Positions 1-64,000 of a DNA stretch of 64,000 nucleotides are shown in pieces. Made by a program: the position numbers and the translations under genes. The notes beneath the pieces were generated by a model. That model was not told the DNA's origin. It did not search any database and saw nothing but the letters and a program-made list of their open reading frames with translations. Every line of letters starts with the position of its first letter. Position 1 is the first letter of the stretch. Source of the DNA: the human T2T-CHM13v2.0 reference genome, Homo sapiens. The stretch lies in assembly GCF_009914755.1 (NCBI RefSeq), contig NC_060926.1; one strand, given 5' to 3'.

Positions 1-1898
1 TATCTGTCAAACTGGCAAGTTTAGGTATTTAGAAGTTCACTGGACCCCAGAGTGGGGCATGGAAGTCACCAAGAACTACAGGTTCTTTAAGGGACCCAGG
101 GCCAAGAGGAGAGACTCCAGAAGTGGCACACAGCAGACTGTCCTCTGGGGGCTGAAACAGGGTGCAGTGACATTTCAGCAAGTTGCTGCAGTGAAGGTGG
201 TAGGAGGCACCCTGACAAGCTGAGGAGGGCATTATAATGCAAGTGGGAGCATAGAACCAATGACAACCAAGGCTAATAATTTCAGACCTTTTCTCCATTA
301 ATCCGCAAAGGGCTATTGTATCAGATCCTTCAGGAGTTTAGAGTAAACCCTGTAAGAGGAAGAAAAATCAGACAAGTAACACCGAATAGAATGGAGTTTT
401 CAACATGAATGAATGAACCATCACTAGGGTCCCGCGAGTTTACTTGAGAGTGGCCAGATGCAGTTGTTGGCATAGGGATTGGAGGCAGGCATTGTACGGT
501 AGGGACATTTTGGAGTGTGTGATGTGAACTCCACATCCAGCACATACTGTTGCAGAAAATCAAATTGAGCATGTGGACAAGGTGTTCTTCACTGGGTGAG
601 GCTTTAGAACAGCTGACGTGGGAGGCTTACTGGGTGGCAGAATGACAAGAATCAAAGCTAGAGCAGGAATAAGTGAGTCGTGGTGCCTGAGTGCTGAATG
701 GAATGAGCGAAAATCATTTGCAGTTGAGTAACTGAGGATTAGAAGGGCAAACGATTTGCTTAAAGGTCATCAATGAAAGGGCAGGATTGGAACTTCTGTC
801 TTCCAACGAGCAACCCACTGTTTCATACCTTTCCACATTTATCTTTTTGTGAAAACACACAGACACACAGCGAGCACAAGATCATGGAACCATAGAAACG
901 AAAGGAAAATTTTATCTAGTCCTGTCTCTCAGCCGACTTAGTATTATGTTTTACAATCATCTTGGCAACCGGTCAAACTGCCTCAGCTAGAACATTTCCA
1001 GTGCTGGGAAATTCTCATACTTTTGGACACAGCTTAGTCTATTCATCCATTACTGGACAAACTGGCAATGGAGTTCTTTATAGGGAGCCAACATCTGCCT
1101 CCATGAATCCAACTCTCTTAGCCCTGCCCTCTAGTTCTGCACATAATCAATGACTTCCTCTTCCAAATCATAATGAAAATCACTCACTAATCAAGGACCT
1201 ATGGTGTGCCAGTCAGAAAGGGTGGCATTATGCCCACCCCAGGGTCTCTGGTTCATGTTCCAGATATCCCTGGTCTTTCTGCACCTGTATCGTTCTTCTC
1301 TGGACTGTCTCTAGCTTGGGAAGGTATAGAATCCATTCTTCCCTTCCAGATCCTCTAGGCCATTTATTTAAGAAAGTAAATCTATTTGGGTCCACAGAGA
1401 AAGTAGTTATGATTTTAAAAATATAAACTAATTTTAATGTTTAAGCCAACTGTACTAACACTAATTGATATAATTAGCAAGGTATACTTGTCAAGGATCA
1501 CACAAAAGATTCCAAATTGCAGTTGGAGCAATTGTTGACCTAGATCATCAATTGAAATGGAAATGATATGTACATGCCCTTTCCTCAGTTTCAAACAAAT
1601 TTAGCATAATAATGCTTATTATTATCATCACCGTCCCTAATTCTTACAGAATGTTTCAAGTGAATCAGGCTCATAGTGACAACTCTATGAATTGGATACG
1701 ATGATCATTTCTAGCTTTTTGAGGAGGAAACTAAAGCCCAGAGAGGTGATGGACCTTGCCCAAGATCGCATGTCTAGAAAACGGTAGGCTTCAAGTCAGG
1801 CATTCTGCTCTAATGCCTCAGTGGCAAAGCTGTTTATCAGCTGTGCCAGCTGTTTATCAGCCTGCCATGTACTGGCATTGACCCATCAGTGAATGTAA

Positions 1899-2256
<358 letters not shown>

Positions 2257-2930
2257 ACCTACAATCATTTCAAACTCACCCGAAGTCTGATTCTTTCTGT
2301 GAATAACTCCCTTGCAATATTTTTCAGAATTAGATCTATAACAGCAGCATGCCTGGTACTAGCAGGTCCTTTATACACATTTATTGAATGATACAATTAG
2401 TGGCCCTGGCCCTGTTAGTTTTCAAGTCCCAGGTAAGATCAGATGCTTTTGAGTCCTGCTGTGGGGATGGAGGCAGGCAGAGGAAGAGGGTAAATGGCGA
2501 TGTCTGGTCCACATGCCCCCACCCTGATGCCGTTCCTCCGCTCTGGGGCCTGCTGTGATGAGGTCACCTTTAAACCCTGTGCACAGCAGACTGCTCCTGC
2601 CTGGCTCTGAGCATCTGTGCCTTCTCTTTCTAGGAGAGGATTGCATCTCTCTTTTTATCTGCTGCTCTCAGTGAGGCTCCAACACCAGTGATGCAGTCAT
2701 CTCACTGAAGTTGGTTTTCTCCAGGAGAAGCTGAGCCAAATGGAATCCACCAAGCCCAGCCGCAGCCGGAAGCCCTACTCCTCCCTTACCTTGCCCAGCC
2801 TCAAAAATACAGAATCTGGATCCCCCGGACTGACTCCTTCTTCCTTCTCCTCCTCCTCTTTCTCTCTCTCTCTCTATAAATATAAATATATATATGTATA
2901 GATATACTACATCCATATATATATATATAT

Positions 2931-3205
2931 TTTGAGACAGGTTCTGGCTCTGTCACCCAGGCTGGAGTGCAGTGGTGTGATCTCAGCTCACTGAACCACC
3001 GCCTCCTAGGCTCAAGCCATTCTCCCACCTCAGCCTCCTGAGTAGCTTGGACTACAGGTGAGTGCCACCACACTGGGCTAATTTTTGTACATTTTGTAGA
3101 GATGGCTGTTGCCCAGGCTGGTCTCAAACTCCTGAGCTCAGGCAGTCTTCCTGCCTTGGCCTCCCAAAGCACTGTGATTACAGGCGTGAGCCACCAGAGC
3201 CACCA
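2931..3205 (-). mobile_element. Alu (J-like), adjacent to a (TA)n tract
   Basis: Alu consensus. Confidence 0.9.
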
Positions 3206-3527
3206 TACATATTTTGATTTTAGAGACTACCTCCCTCCCCAACTCCCATCCTCCCAGGTACCTTCTGATTCCTCCCTCAGCCTGATGTCCACTGTCCTCT
3301 CTCAGTGCATTGGAGCATCTGAAACCCAATTATGTAGAAAATTCCAGCTTCTTCCCGTGTTGTTTCTGGGTCTCATTTACATTCGAGGATGTGGTTGAAC
3401 AATCAATTTACTGTTCCTGACAATCAGGGAAGACTGCCTGGAATACACAGAAAGACCTGATCATTGGAGATGAAGCCCAATTTCACTCACTTCGTTCTGT
3501 CCAAGCCAGTGTAACCTATTAAGCTAG

Positions 3528-3722
3528 CACAGTGACTCTCAAGCTTCATCATTCACTAGAATCACCAGGAAAGCACATTTAAACATGGGTTGTTGGACTT
3601 CACCATCAGTGTTTCTGATTCAGTAGGTCGGGACTCGGGGGAGGCGAAAATGTACATTGCTGATGGATTCCTAAGTGATACTGACCCTGCTGGTCCGGGA
3701 ACCATGCTTGGAGAACTGAAGC
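3528..3722. mobile_element. MER5-like hAT fossil
   Basis: cagtg..ctcaa..ctagaatcacc...tctgattcagtaggtc...gaaccatgcttggagaac pattern. Confidence 0.6.
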
Positions 3723-3825
3723 CTAGAGTGACTTCACTGTATTAGCCTGGATTGGTTTAGGAGATTAAAATTACTGCTACTCATTATTTAGTTTCTGGTT
3801 GTTCAAGGCAGGTCCTGGTGGGAAT

Positions 3826-3940
3826 GTCTTAGTTCAGGCTTCCATAACAAGTACCGTTGGCTGGGTGGCTCACAAACAATAGAAACTTCTTCCTCACAGT
3901 TCTGGAGGCTGGAAGTCTGAGATCAGGGTGCCAGCATGCC
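3826..3940 (-). mobile_element. MLT1 (MaLR) LTR fragment
   Basis: tgtcttagttcaggct...ctcacagttctggaggctggaagtc. Confidence 0.7.
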
Positions 3941-4320
3941 CTTTTATTTTGAAATAAATCAGTATACTTTTCCTAAGAACAAGGACATTCTCTTACATAA
4001 CCAGTACAATGATCAAAGTCAAGAAACTTAACACTGATAAAATACTATTATCTAAACCACAATCCCTATATACAGAGTTCATCCATTGTCTCAACGATGC
4101 CCTTTGTAAGTAATTATTATTCTGGTTCAGGATCTATCATCACTCAGTGCATTTAGTTGTCCTTTTTAGATTTATTTAATCTCAAGTATTTCTTTAGAGT
4201 TTTCTTTCCTTGACTGTCAACAGTTATTTTATACAATTTCCTCAGTTTGGTTTGCTCCGATGTTTCCTTATGATTTGAGTCAAGTAATTCATTTTGGGCA
4301 GGAATTCCAGAGAATTGCTG

Positions 4321-4635
4321 TTTTTTTTTTTGTTTATTGTTTTTTTTTTTTTTTTTTTAACAGAGTCTTGCTCTGTTGCCAGGCTGCAGTGCAGTGGCAC
4401 GATCTCGGCCCACTGCAACCTCTGACTCCCTGGTACAAGCAATTCTCCTGCCTCAGCCTCCAGAGTAGCTGAGATTACAGGCACGTTCCACCACGCCCAG
4501 CTAATTTTTGTATTTTTAGTAGAGATGCGGTTTCACCATGTTGGCCAGGATGGTCTCGATCTCCTGACCTTATGATCTGCCCACCTTGGCCTCCCAAAGT
4601 GCTGGGATTACAGGCATGAGCCACTGCACCCGGCT
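4321..4635 (-). mobile_element. Alu (S lineage); a further partial Alu follows at about 4705-4910
   Basis: Alu consensus with poly-T. Confidence 0.93.
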
Positions 4636-5436
4636 TTGCTGTGTTCTCTTCAGTGCATCGTAATACCAGGTATTATATGTCAGTTTGTCCCACTATTGGT
4701 GATGTCCTCCCTGACTCAAGTGATCCTTTCACCTCAGCCTCCTGAGTAGCTGGGACAATAGGGGCGTGTACCACACCCAGCTAATTAATTTTTTTGTAGA
4801 GACCGGATCTTGCCTTGTTGCCTAGGCTGGTCTTGAACTCCTGGGTTCAAGCAATCCTCCTAACTTGGCCTCCCAAAGTGTTCGGATTATAGGTAAGAGC
4901 CACCGTGCCCCACCCAAAGATCACGTTTTAAATGGGTGCCCCACCCAAAGATCACATTTTAAATGGCATGAGCACAAGCAATAACATAGGTGACCAAAAT
5001 CTACCAAAGACTTTCTCATTTCTATAGAGCAAACTCTTTGCCCCTCCCTCCATAAGTCCTTCCAGAGTGTCTTAATGGCTAGGAGAAAGTTTGAGCTGGG
5101 AGAGAGCTTGGATTTCATACGGTTCCCTGTTTTCCAAGTATGGGATGCTTACTACTGGTGAGAAAAAGATGATTTTTTTTTGCACATTTATATTGGGTTA
5201 AATTGTGTCACTTAGTAGCAAAGGCTTTGCCATCTCAACAATCTTTTCAATCTTCTGAACACATCAAGTAGGAAGGCTCAGTTGAGTGCTATTCCGTCTT
5301 GTAGCCTGTCTTAACAATCTCAAACAGTTGCTAATTTCCTTCCTTCCCTTCCTCCCTCCCTCCCTCCCTCTTTCTTTCCTTTCTTCCTTCCTTTGTTTAC
5401 AAAGAAAGGGATGGTTTTGGGTTCAGAGTCTTTAGC

Positions 5437-5490
5437 AGTATATAGTAATTAGTATATAGTAATATAGTAATATATAGTAGTATATAGTAA
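5437..5490. repeat. (TATATAGTAA)n-like short tandem repeat abutting the pseudogene TSD
   Basis: agtatatagtaattagtatatagtaatatagtaatatatagtagtatatagtaa. Confidence 0.8.
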
Positions 5491-5502
5491 TTCAATGCCT
5501 TT

Positions 5503-6896
5503 AGGTCAATATATTTTCCATTTTTACTGTGCATACGCATATATACAATGTATTTTAAAAGTTGGCTTTACAATATGTAGTTTTATCATTTGGTTTACAA
5601 CTAAATATATTGTGAACATTTTCTCTTCTACAACAGTTAAAAGAATTGCATAGCTTGGAGGAAACATAATTTATTAAGCAATCTTGTTGGGGACATTGAG
5701 GTATAATTTTTTTTTATAAGGAGACTTCATTCTTTTTACAACACCTTTGGGAAAAAAATTGGAGTCCTTGTCTCATATAGCTTTCTATAGATGACGGAAA
5801 CTTACCCTTCCATTTAGCCTTTTAACTTTCTTCTCTATACCCACCTAATCACCATCAAGTAACCCATTTTATGTTTTCCAACCTCTCTCTCCCATTTGCT
5901 TCCTCTTTCCTACCCAGTCTCCCTGCATACATGCAGATGAACTTCCATTCCTTCAGCCCTCTGTTTCCTCCCCTTAAAGAGGCTTTCTTTCCATTTAAAG
6001 AGACTATTTTAATTGATTTTTATCAACTCTACTCAAAACTGTATCCTAAGGTCCACATTAGGATTGGTCTTTAATAATCTGAAGATAATATTCAATTGTT
6101 TAAAAGAACATTTTAAGAAGACCTTGGTAGAATTACATGTATCAAGAAACATGACTTAGGCACAATGGAGATATGGCTGACTTTCTTTTGAAAAAAGAAG
6201 TAGTTTTTGTGGGGAGGGCAGGGCAAAGAGGTAAGAAGTATTTGGTACTACAAGGAAATGTTAGAGACCATTTTGGAAATGTATTCATTATTTTAAGGCA
6301 ACTAACAAATGATCATCTTTCAGTTAGGACATTATAGCAGCAGCCTTTACTGGTCATGAAATTTGAATGATATCTAAAATCATATTTCTGGAAATAGGTC
6401 AATGTCAATTAATAGTAACTTTGTATAGAAAGGCAGATGCCAGCTAGCAAATAAAAGTGGTGCATGCAGACGGTGGTAGTTCTGGAGTCCTGGGAGCCAT
6501 GAGGTGCTCATCCATCACAAGGCCATCACAGCCAGGTAGAAATGCCTGAGGAAAGCAGCGGAGCTGCCCATGCCAGCATTTACACATGGAACACTTCTTG
6601 GGCAGCCGGGTGTCATGGGGCACAGACCCACAATTCTCTTTGCCTACGTCGTGCTCACAGTTCCATCCATAGAAGGAGGGGAGGCAGGCACAAAAGGACC
6701 CCAGCATGCAGGTTCCCCCATTCAGGCAGCAGGTTCTGTTTGGCTCCTTACTGCCCTGTATCCCCATGGGGGGCACAAGCTGGGAAGACCGAGGACGAAC
6801 TGCAGGCTCCTCCTGGGGCTGAATGCTGTCATCTCTGAAGGCCAGGTCTCCCTGAGATGGACGCACAAGTTCCCGATGGCCCAGCCTTTAACAAGC
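5503..6896 (-). pseudogene. TDGF1P2: Processed CRIPTO/TDGF1 pseudogene (probably CRIPTOP2/TDGF1P2): 5'-truncated CDS plus 3' UTR
   Basis: Intronless ORF 6444..6866 aligns to CRIPTO EGF-CFC (CCLNGGTCMLGSFCAC...CSMCKCWHGQLRCFPQAFLPGCD). No signal peptide; frameshift before the C-terminal tail. Flanked by TSD aattcaa(t/c)gccttt at 5489-5502 and 6897-6910. Confidence 0.93.
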
Positions 6897-6907
6897 AATT
6901 CAACGCC

Positions 6908-7062
6908 TTTAAGAAATTGCCTTTACTTTTACAGTTACTGGCTGTTTACTGAAAATTTCATATAATTTTAAATTTAGAAATAAAAACTTCACAGATGGAA
7001 TTAAATTTCATATAATTTTCAGTAAACAGCCAGTAACTGTAAAAGTAAAGGTAATTTTTAAA
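6908..7062. repeat. Inverted repeat with 38-bp perfect arms (6920-6957 / 7014-7051)
   Basis: cctttacttttacagttactggctgtttactgaaaatt is the exact reverse complement of 7014-7051. Confidence 0.95.
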
Positions 7063-7935
7063 ATTACATTTTACTAAGTGAAGTAAAATAAGTGAGTCAA
7101 TCTAGAGACATTTTAAGAACTTAAAACTTAGGTATGGATCTCTGGAAGAGGTAAGGAGAGATATGGCTCATAGTTGCGCAGATAACACAGGAATGACTCA
7201 AGTTTGAGAAATTCCAGTTGAGGCCAAATTCCTTAAAGGAAATTGACAAGCTGGTTGGCTGACTCTGTCTCTCCGCAGGCTTTCTCATGGAAACGTGGCA
7301 GGCAAACAACGATGCTGGCAAGAAATTGGACAAGCCGCATGAAGGTCTGGAGAGTTTTAAGCCCAGGTTGAGAGCACAGGTGTAGGCTTTCTGGTGTAGG
7401 TTCCGACGCACCTGCCTTCCATTCCCGCCTATCCATTTAGGCTGCGACCTCTGGTAGTTCTCCACTTTCTCTAATTCTGAGTTACTTCATCCTTAAGAAG
7501 TGGTGCATAACTCACACCTTGTTAGGATTGTATGAGTATGTGTGCATACACCGTTTAAAGCAATGTAGGGCACAGAGTCAGGAAATGCAAAATATTAAGT
7601 TGAGGTCATTTTTCTTTTGGGAGGACAAGGACAGGGCACGGGCTGGGGCCCCAGAGTAGTAATTAGCGATGGGCTTTTCCTCCCAGCCTTCCTTTTGGGA
7701 AACGCAGTGTGCTAAAAAAGTGCATGCAGCCCAGGCTGTGGCCTAGGCCGTCGGTTCCCGGCCATGCCTAGCTCCTCTGAGGTCGCCCTTAGTGAGGACA
7801 CGAGGTGCCCTCACCTCTTTCACTCTAGACACCTCCAGAACACTCGCCCCCCGCGCGCCGGAGCCCCGGGTCGCCACCAACCGCCCGCGGAGCCAGACCT
7901 CCCAGCTCTGCGCCCCAGGACCGCGCTGTGCAACC

Positions 7936-7947
7936 TGCGCATGCGCA
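7936..7947. promoter_or_regulatory. NRF1 palindrome TGCGCATGCGCA
   Basis: Perfect match to the NRF1 consensus inside the CpG island. Confidence 0.8.
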
Positions 7948-7971
7948 CCCGCGTCCCGCTGCTGTTTAGCC

Positions 7972-7985
7972 GTTTCCAAGGCTAC
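7972..7985. promoter_or_regulatory. RFX X-box GTTTCCAAGGCTAC
   Basis: Near match to GTNRCC-N2-RGYAAC, about 35 nt upstream of the ATG; expected for a motile-cilia gene. Confidence 0.7.
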
Positions 7986-8019
7986 GAAGCCCATCGGCCG
8001 GGGATAAGAGAGCAAGAAA

Positions 8020-60384
<52,365 letters not shown>

Positions 60385-60740
60385 CTGAAGGAAGCTGGTC
60401 AGTGAGCAACCTTGCTAGCAATGGTAATCAAGAACTGGAACTTCACAGACAGCAGCTCTCTTAATATTTCTTATACTTTCTCTTTTTCTGCAAGTCAACT
60501 ATTTCTACAACTGTCCTTCATTTCACAGATATGACCATTAAACATGACAAAGTTATGCCACTCCAATATTATTATTTGATGGCGATGGCAGGACACAGCA
60601 TAATGTTTGGCTAATGCCACCAGTTATTTCAGTTGTGTTTGTTTTTTAAAAGCATTATGATACTGAAAAAGGAGACCAGAACAACTTAACAACGTGTCTC
60701 CTGGATTTTACTTTGAAGCCTATTGTTATAATTTCTGTTG

Positions 60741-60746
60741 AATAAA
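60741..60746 (+). terminator. DAW1 polyadenylation signal AATAAA
   Basis: AATAAA about 360 nt after the stop codon, followed by GT/T-rich sequence. Confidence 0.75.
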
Positions 60747-60939
60747 GTGTTTGGAGGAAATTCCTTGTACATGTGTATTTATGATGTATGTTTTTAGGGT
60801 GAAGTAAGGGAAATAATGCGGATCTCATTTAATGGCAAATATCTTCTGTATTGATACATTGAGAAAAATGTTGGCAGGTTTATTTCTAAGGAAAAGTTAA
60901 ACAGAATATTCAGACTATTGCATTTAAAAATCTGGGTGG

Positions 60940-61332
<393 letters not shown>

Positions 61333-62108
61333 TTAAAATGTTTTTTAAAAGCTTGGTTTGTGTAAAAGTACCCAAATGCATATTAAAATTAATGTTAAAA
61401 GTACAAGCACTAATAAGGCCTGAATCTGAAGCAAGAGAATGCCTGAAAATCTTATGAAATCATTTTTTAAAAAGAGCTTCATTGATATGTAATCAATATA
61501 TAAAATATTGCATATATTTAATGTATACATTTTCATGAGTTTGAACATAGATGATGCCATCATCAAAATCAAGGTACTAAATATACTCATCATCTTCAAC
61601 CATTTCCTTGTGTTGTTTTGTGGTTTTTGTTGTTTCCTGGTACAAGCTCTTTACATGAGCTCTATCCTTTGAGCATATTTCAAGGTGTATAATACTTCAT
61701 TGTCAACTATAGGTACTGTGGTGTACAGCAGATCCCCAGAATGTGTTCTAGAACTCATTTTCTTAATAATGTGAATAATACCAATATGGCTAAGTGCTTA
61801 CCATGTGCCAGTAATGCCCAACCACTTTACGTAGAACATCTCATTTAATCTTCCTAACAACTGTTACAAAGTAGATACAAGCCCTGATTTAAAAATGAGG
61901 AAAGTGAGTCCCTGAGAAGTTAAGTAATTTGCCAAGGGCATCTGGATATTAGGTGGTGATGTTGGTTTTAGAAACCAGGGATGCTGGCTCCATTACACTG
62001 TGTTCTTAAGTAGAAAAGATTTAATATAGGAGAGGAGAGTCAGATGTATAGGTAGGATGAATTGAAGTGAGAATTACTTCTTGGGTTATCTATAGATGTT
62101 AACCCTCA

Positions 62109-62442
<334 letters not shown>

Positions 62443-62594
62443 TTAAGTAAACAAACACACAAAAAAATAAACCAAACCTTTGTTGGGACTGTTGGGAAGA
62501 GGAGGTTCCAATATGATGAAGCCAAGAACTTAGATTGGAGAAAACTTTGCCAAAATTTGGCTGCTTCTTTTTTTTCTAAAAGCAAACCTCTTAA

Positions 62595-63100
62595 GCTTTA
62601 TTAGTTTTTTCAGCTTTATTGAGGTATAACTGACACATAAAAATTGTATTATTCAAGGTATACAATGTGATATTTTGATATCACAAAATGAAATAATTAC
62701 CACAGTCAAACTGCTAATTAACAAATCCATCACCTCACACAGTTACCTTTTCCCCCCTGTGGAGAGAATACTTAAGATCTATTCTAGCAAATTTCAAATA
62801 TGCTTTATTTTTAACTGTAGTCATCAAGCTGTACATTAGATCTCTGAAACTAATTCATCTTGAAACTGCAAGTTTGTACCCTTTGACAAACCTCTCCCCA
62901 TTTTCCCCACTCCTTGACCCCCGGTAACCACTCTTCTAGTCCGTTTCTACTGAGTTTTACTTTTAAAAATTCCATATGTGAGATAATATGGTATTTGTCT
63001 TTCTTTGTTGGGCTTATTTCACTTTGTCCTCTAGGTCATCCATGTTTTTGCAAATGAAAGAATTTTCTTCTTTGTCCAGGCTAAATGATATTACATATAT
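62595..63100 (-). mobile_element. L1M (L1MA/MB-like) 3' end
   Basis: cagctttattgaggtataactgac...aaggtatacaatgtga...atccatcacctcac, typical of antisense L1M 3' ends. Confidence 0.75.
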
Positions 63101-63107
63101 CTTTATA

Positions 63108-64000
63108 CAGGCATACCTCGTTTAATTGCAATTCACTTTATTGCACTTCTCAGATATTACATGTTTTAAACAAATTTAAGGTTTGTGATAACCCTGCCTG
63201 GGGCAAGTCTGTCAGTGCCATTTTTTCCGATAGCCTGTGCTCACTTTGTGTCCCTGTGTCACTTTTTGGTAACTCTCACAATGATTCAAACTGTTGTATC
63301 TGTTATGGTGATCTATGATCAGTATTCTTTGATGTTACTATTATAATTGCTTTGGGGCACCATGAATCATGCCCATATAAAACAGCAAACTTAATAAATG
63401 TTATGTGTGTTCTGACTCCCCCACCAACCAGCCGTTTCCCATCTCTTTCCCTTTCCTTGGGCCTCTCTGTTTCCTGAGATGCAACAATATTGAAATTAGG
63501 CCAATTAATAACCTTACAATGGCATCTAAGTGTTCACGTGAAAAGAAGAGTCACATGTTTCTCACTTTAAATCAAAAGCTATAAATGATGAAACTTAATG
63601 AGGAAGTCATAGTGAAAGCCGAAATAGGCTGAAATCTAGGCCTCTTATGCCAAATAGCCAACTTGTGAATGAAAGGGAAAAGTTCTTGAAGGAAATTAAA
63701 AGTACTGCTCCAATGAACACATGAATGATAACAAAGCAAAACAACAGCCTTATTGCTGATATGGAGAAAGTTTTAGTGGTCTGGACAAAAGAGCAAACAA
63801 ACCACAATATTTCCTTTAGCCAAAGCCTAATCTAGAGCAAGGTACTAACGATCTTGAATTTTATGAGTGTTGAGAGAGGTGAGGAAGGTACAGAAGCAAC
63901 GTTTCAAGCTAGCAGAGGTTGGTACATTAAGTTTAAGGAAAGAAACTGCTTCCATACTTAAAAGTGCAAGGTGAGCAGCAAATGCTGCAGAAAGTTATCC
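63108..64000 (+). mobile_element. Tigger1 DNA transposon (5' part; continues past the window end)
   Basis: ta|CAGGCATACCTCG terminus; decayed pogo-like transposase reading frame. Confidence 0.88.

Noticed and set aside
4905-4966. 31-bp tandem duplication (similar two-copy duplications near 1828, 16083, 31951 and 50796)
   Set aside because: Ordinary slippage or repair duplications with no further structure.

Overview
Primate (almost certainly human) genomic DNA, recognised as the DAW1 (WDR69/ODA16) locus. The + strand carries the complete 13-exon gene. The coding exons splice in phase to 1248 nt, giving a 415-aa WD40 protein (ATG 8020, TGA 60382-60384, AATAAA 60741). It has a CpG-island promoter with NRF1 and RFX motifs. 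About 1.1 kb upstream, head-to-head with DAW1, lies a 5'-truncated processed CRIPTO/TDGF1 pseudogene (minus strand) with a readable target-site duplication. Introns are full of Alu, MaLR/MLT2 LTR, old L1/L2/MIR and DNA-transposon fossils, plus a probable SNORA25-derived retrocopy. The most unusual feature is in intron 10: an ancient, degenerate tandem array about 10 kb long, built from a ~43-bp unit containing a 7-bp dyad with a fixed 12-nt spacer (inferred ancestor ATGACGC-N12-GCGTCAT). It matches no satellite I recognise. Gene and family names come from my recall, not a database search, and repeat boundaries are approximate.
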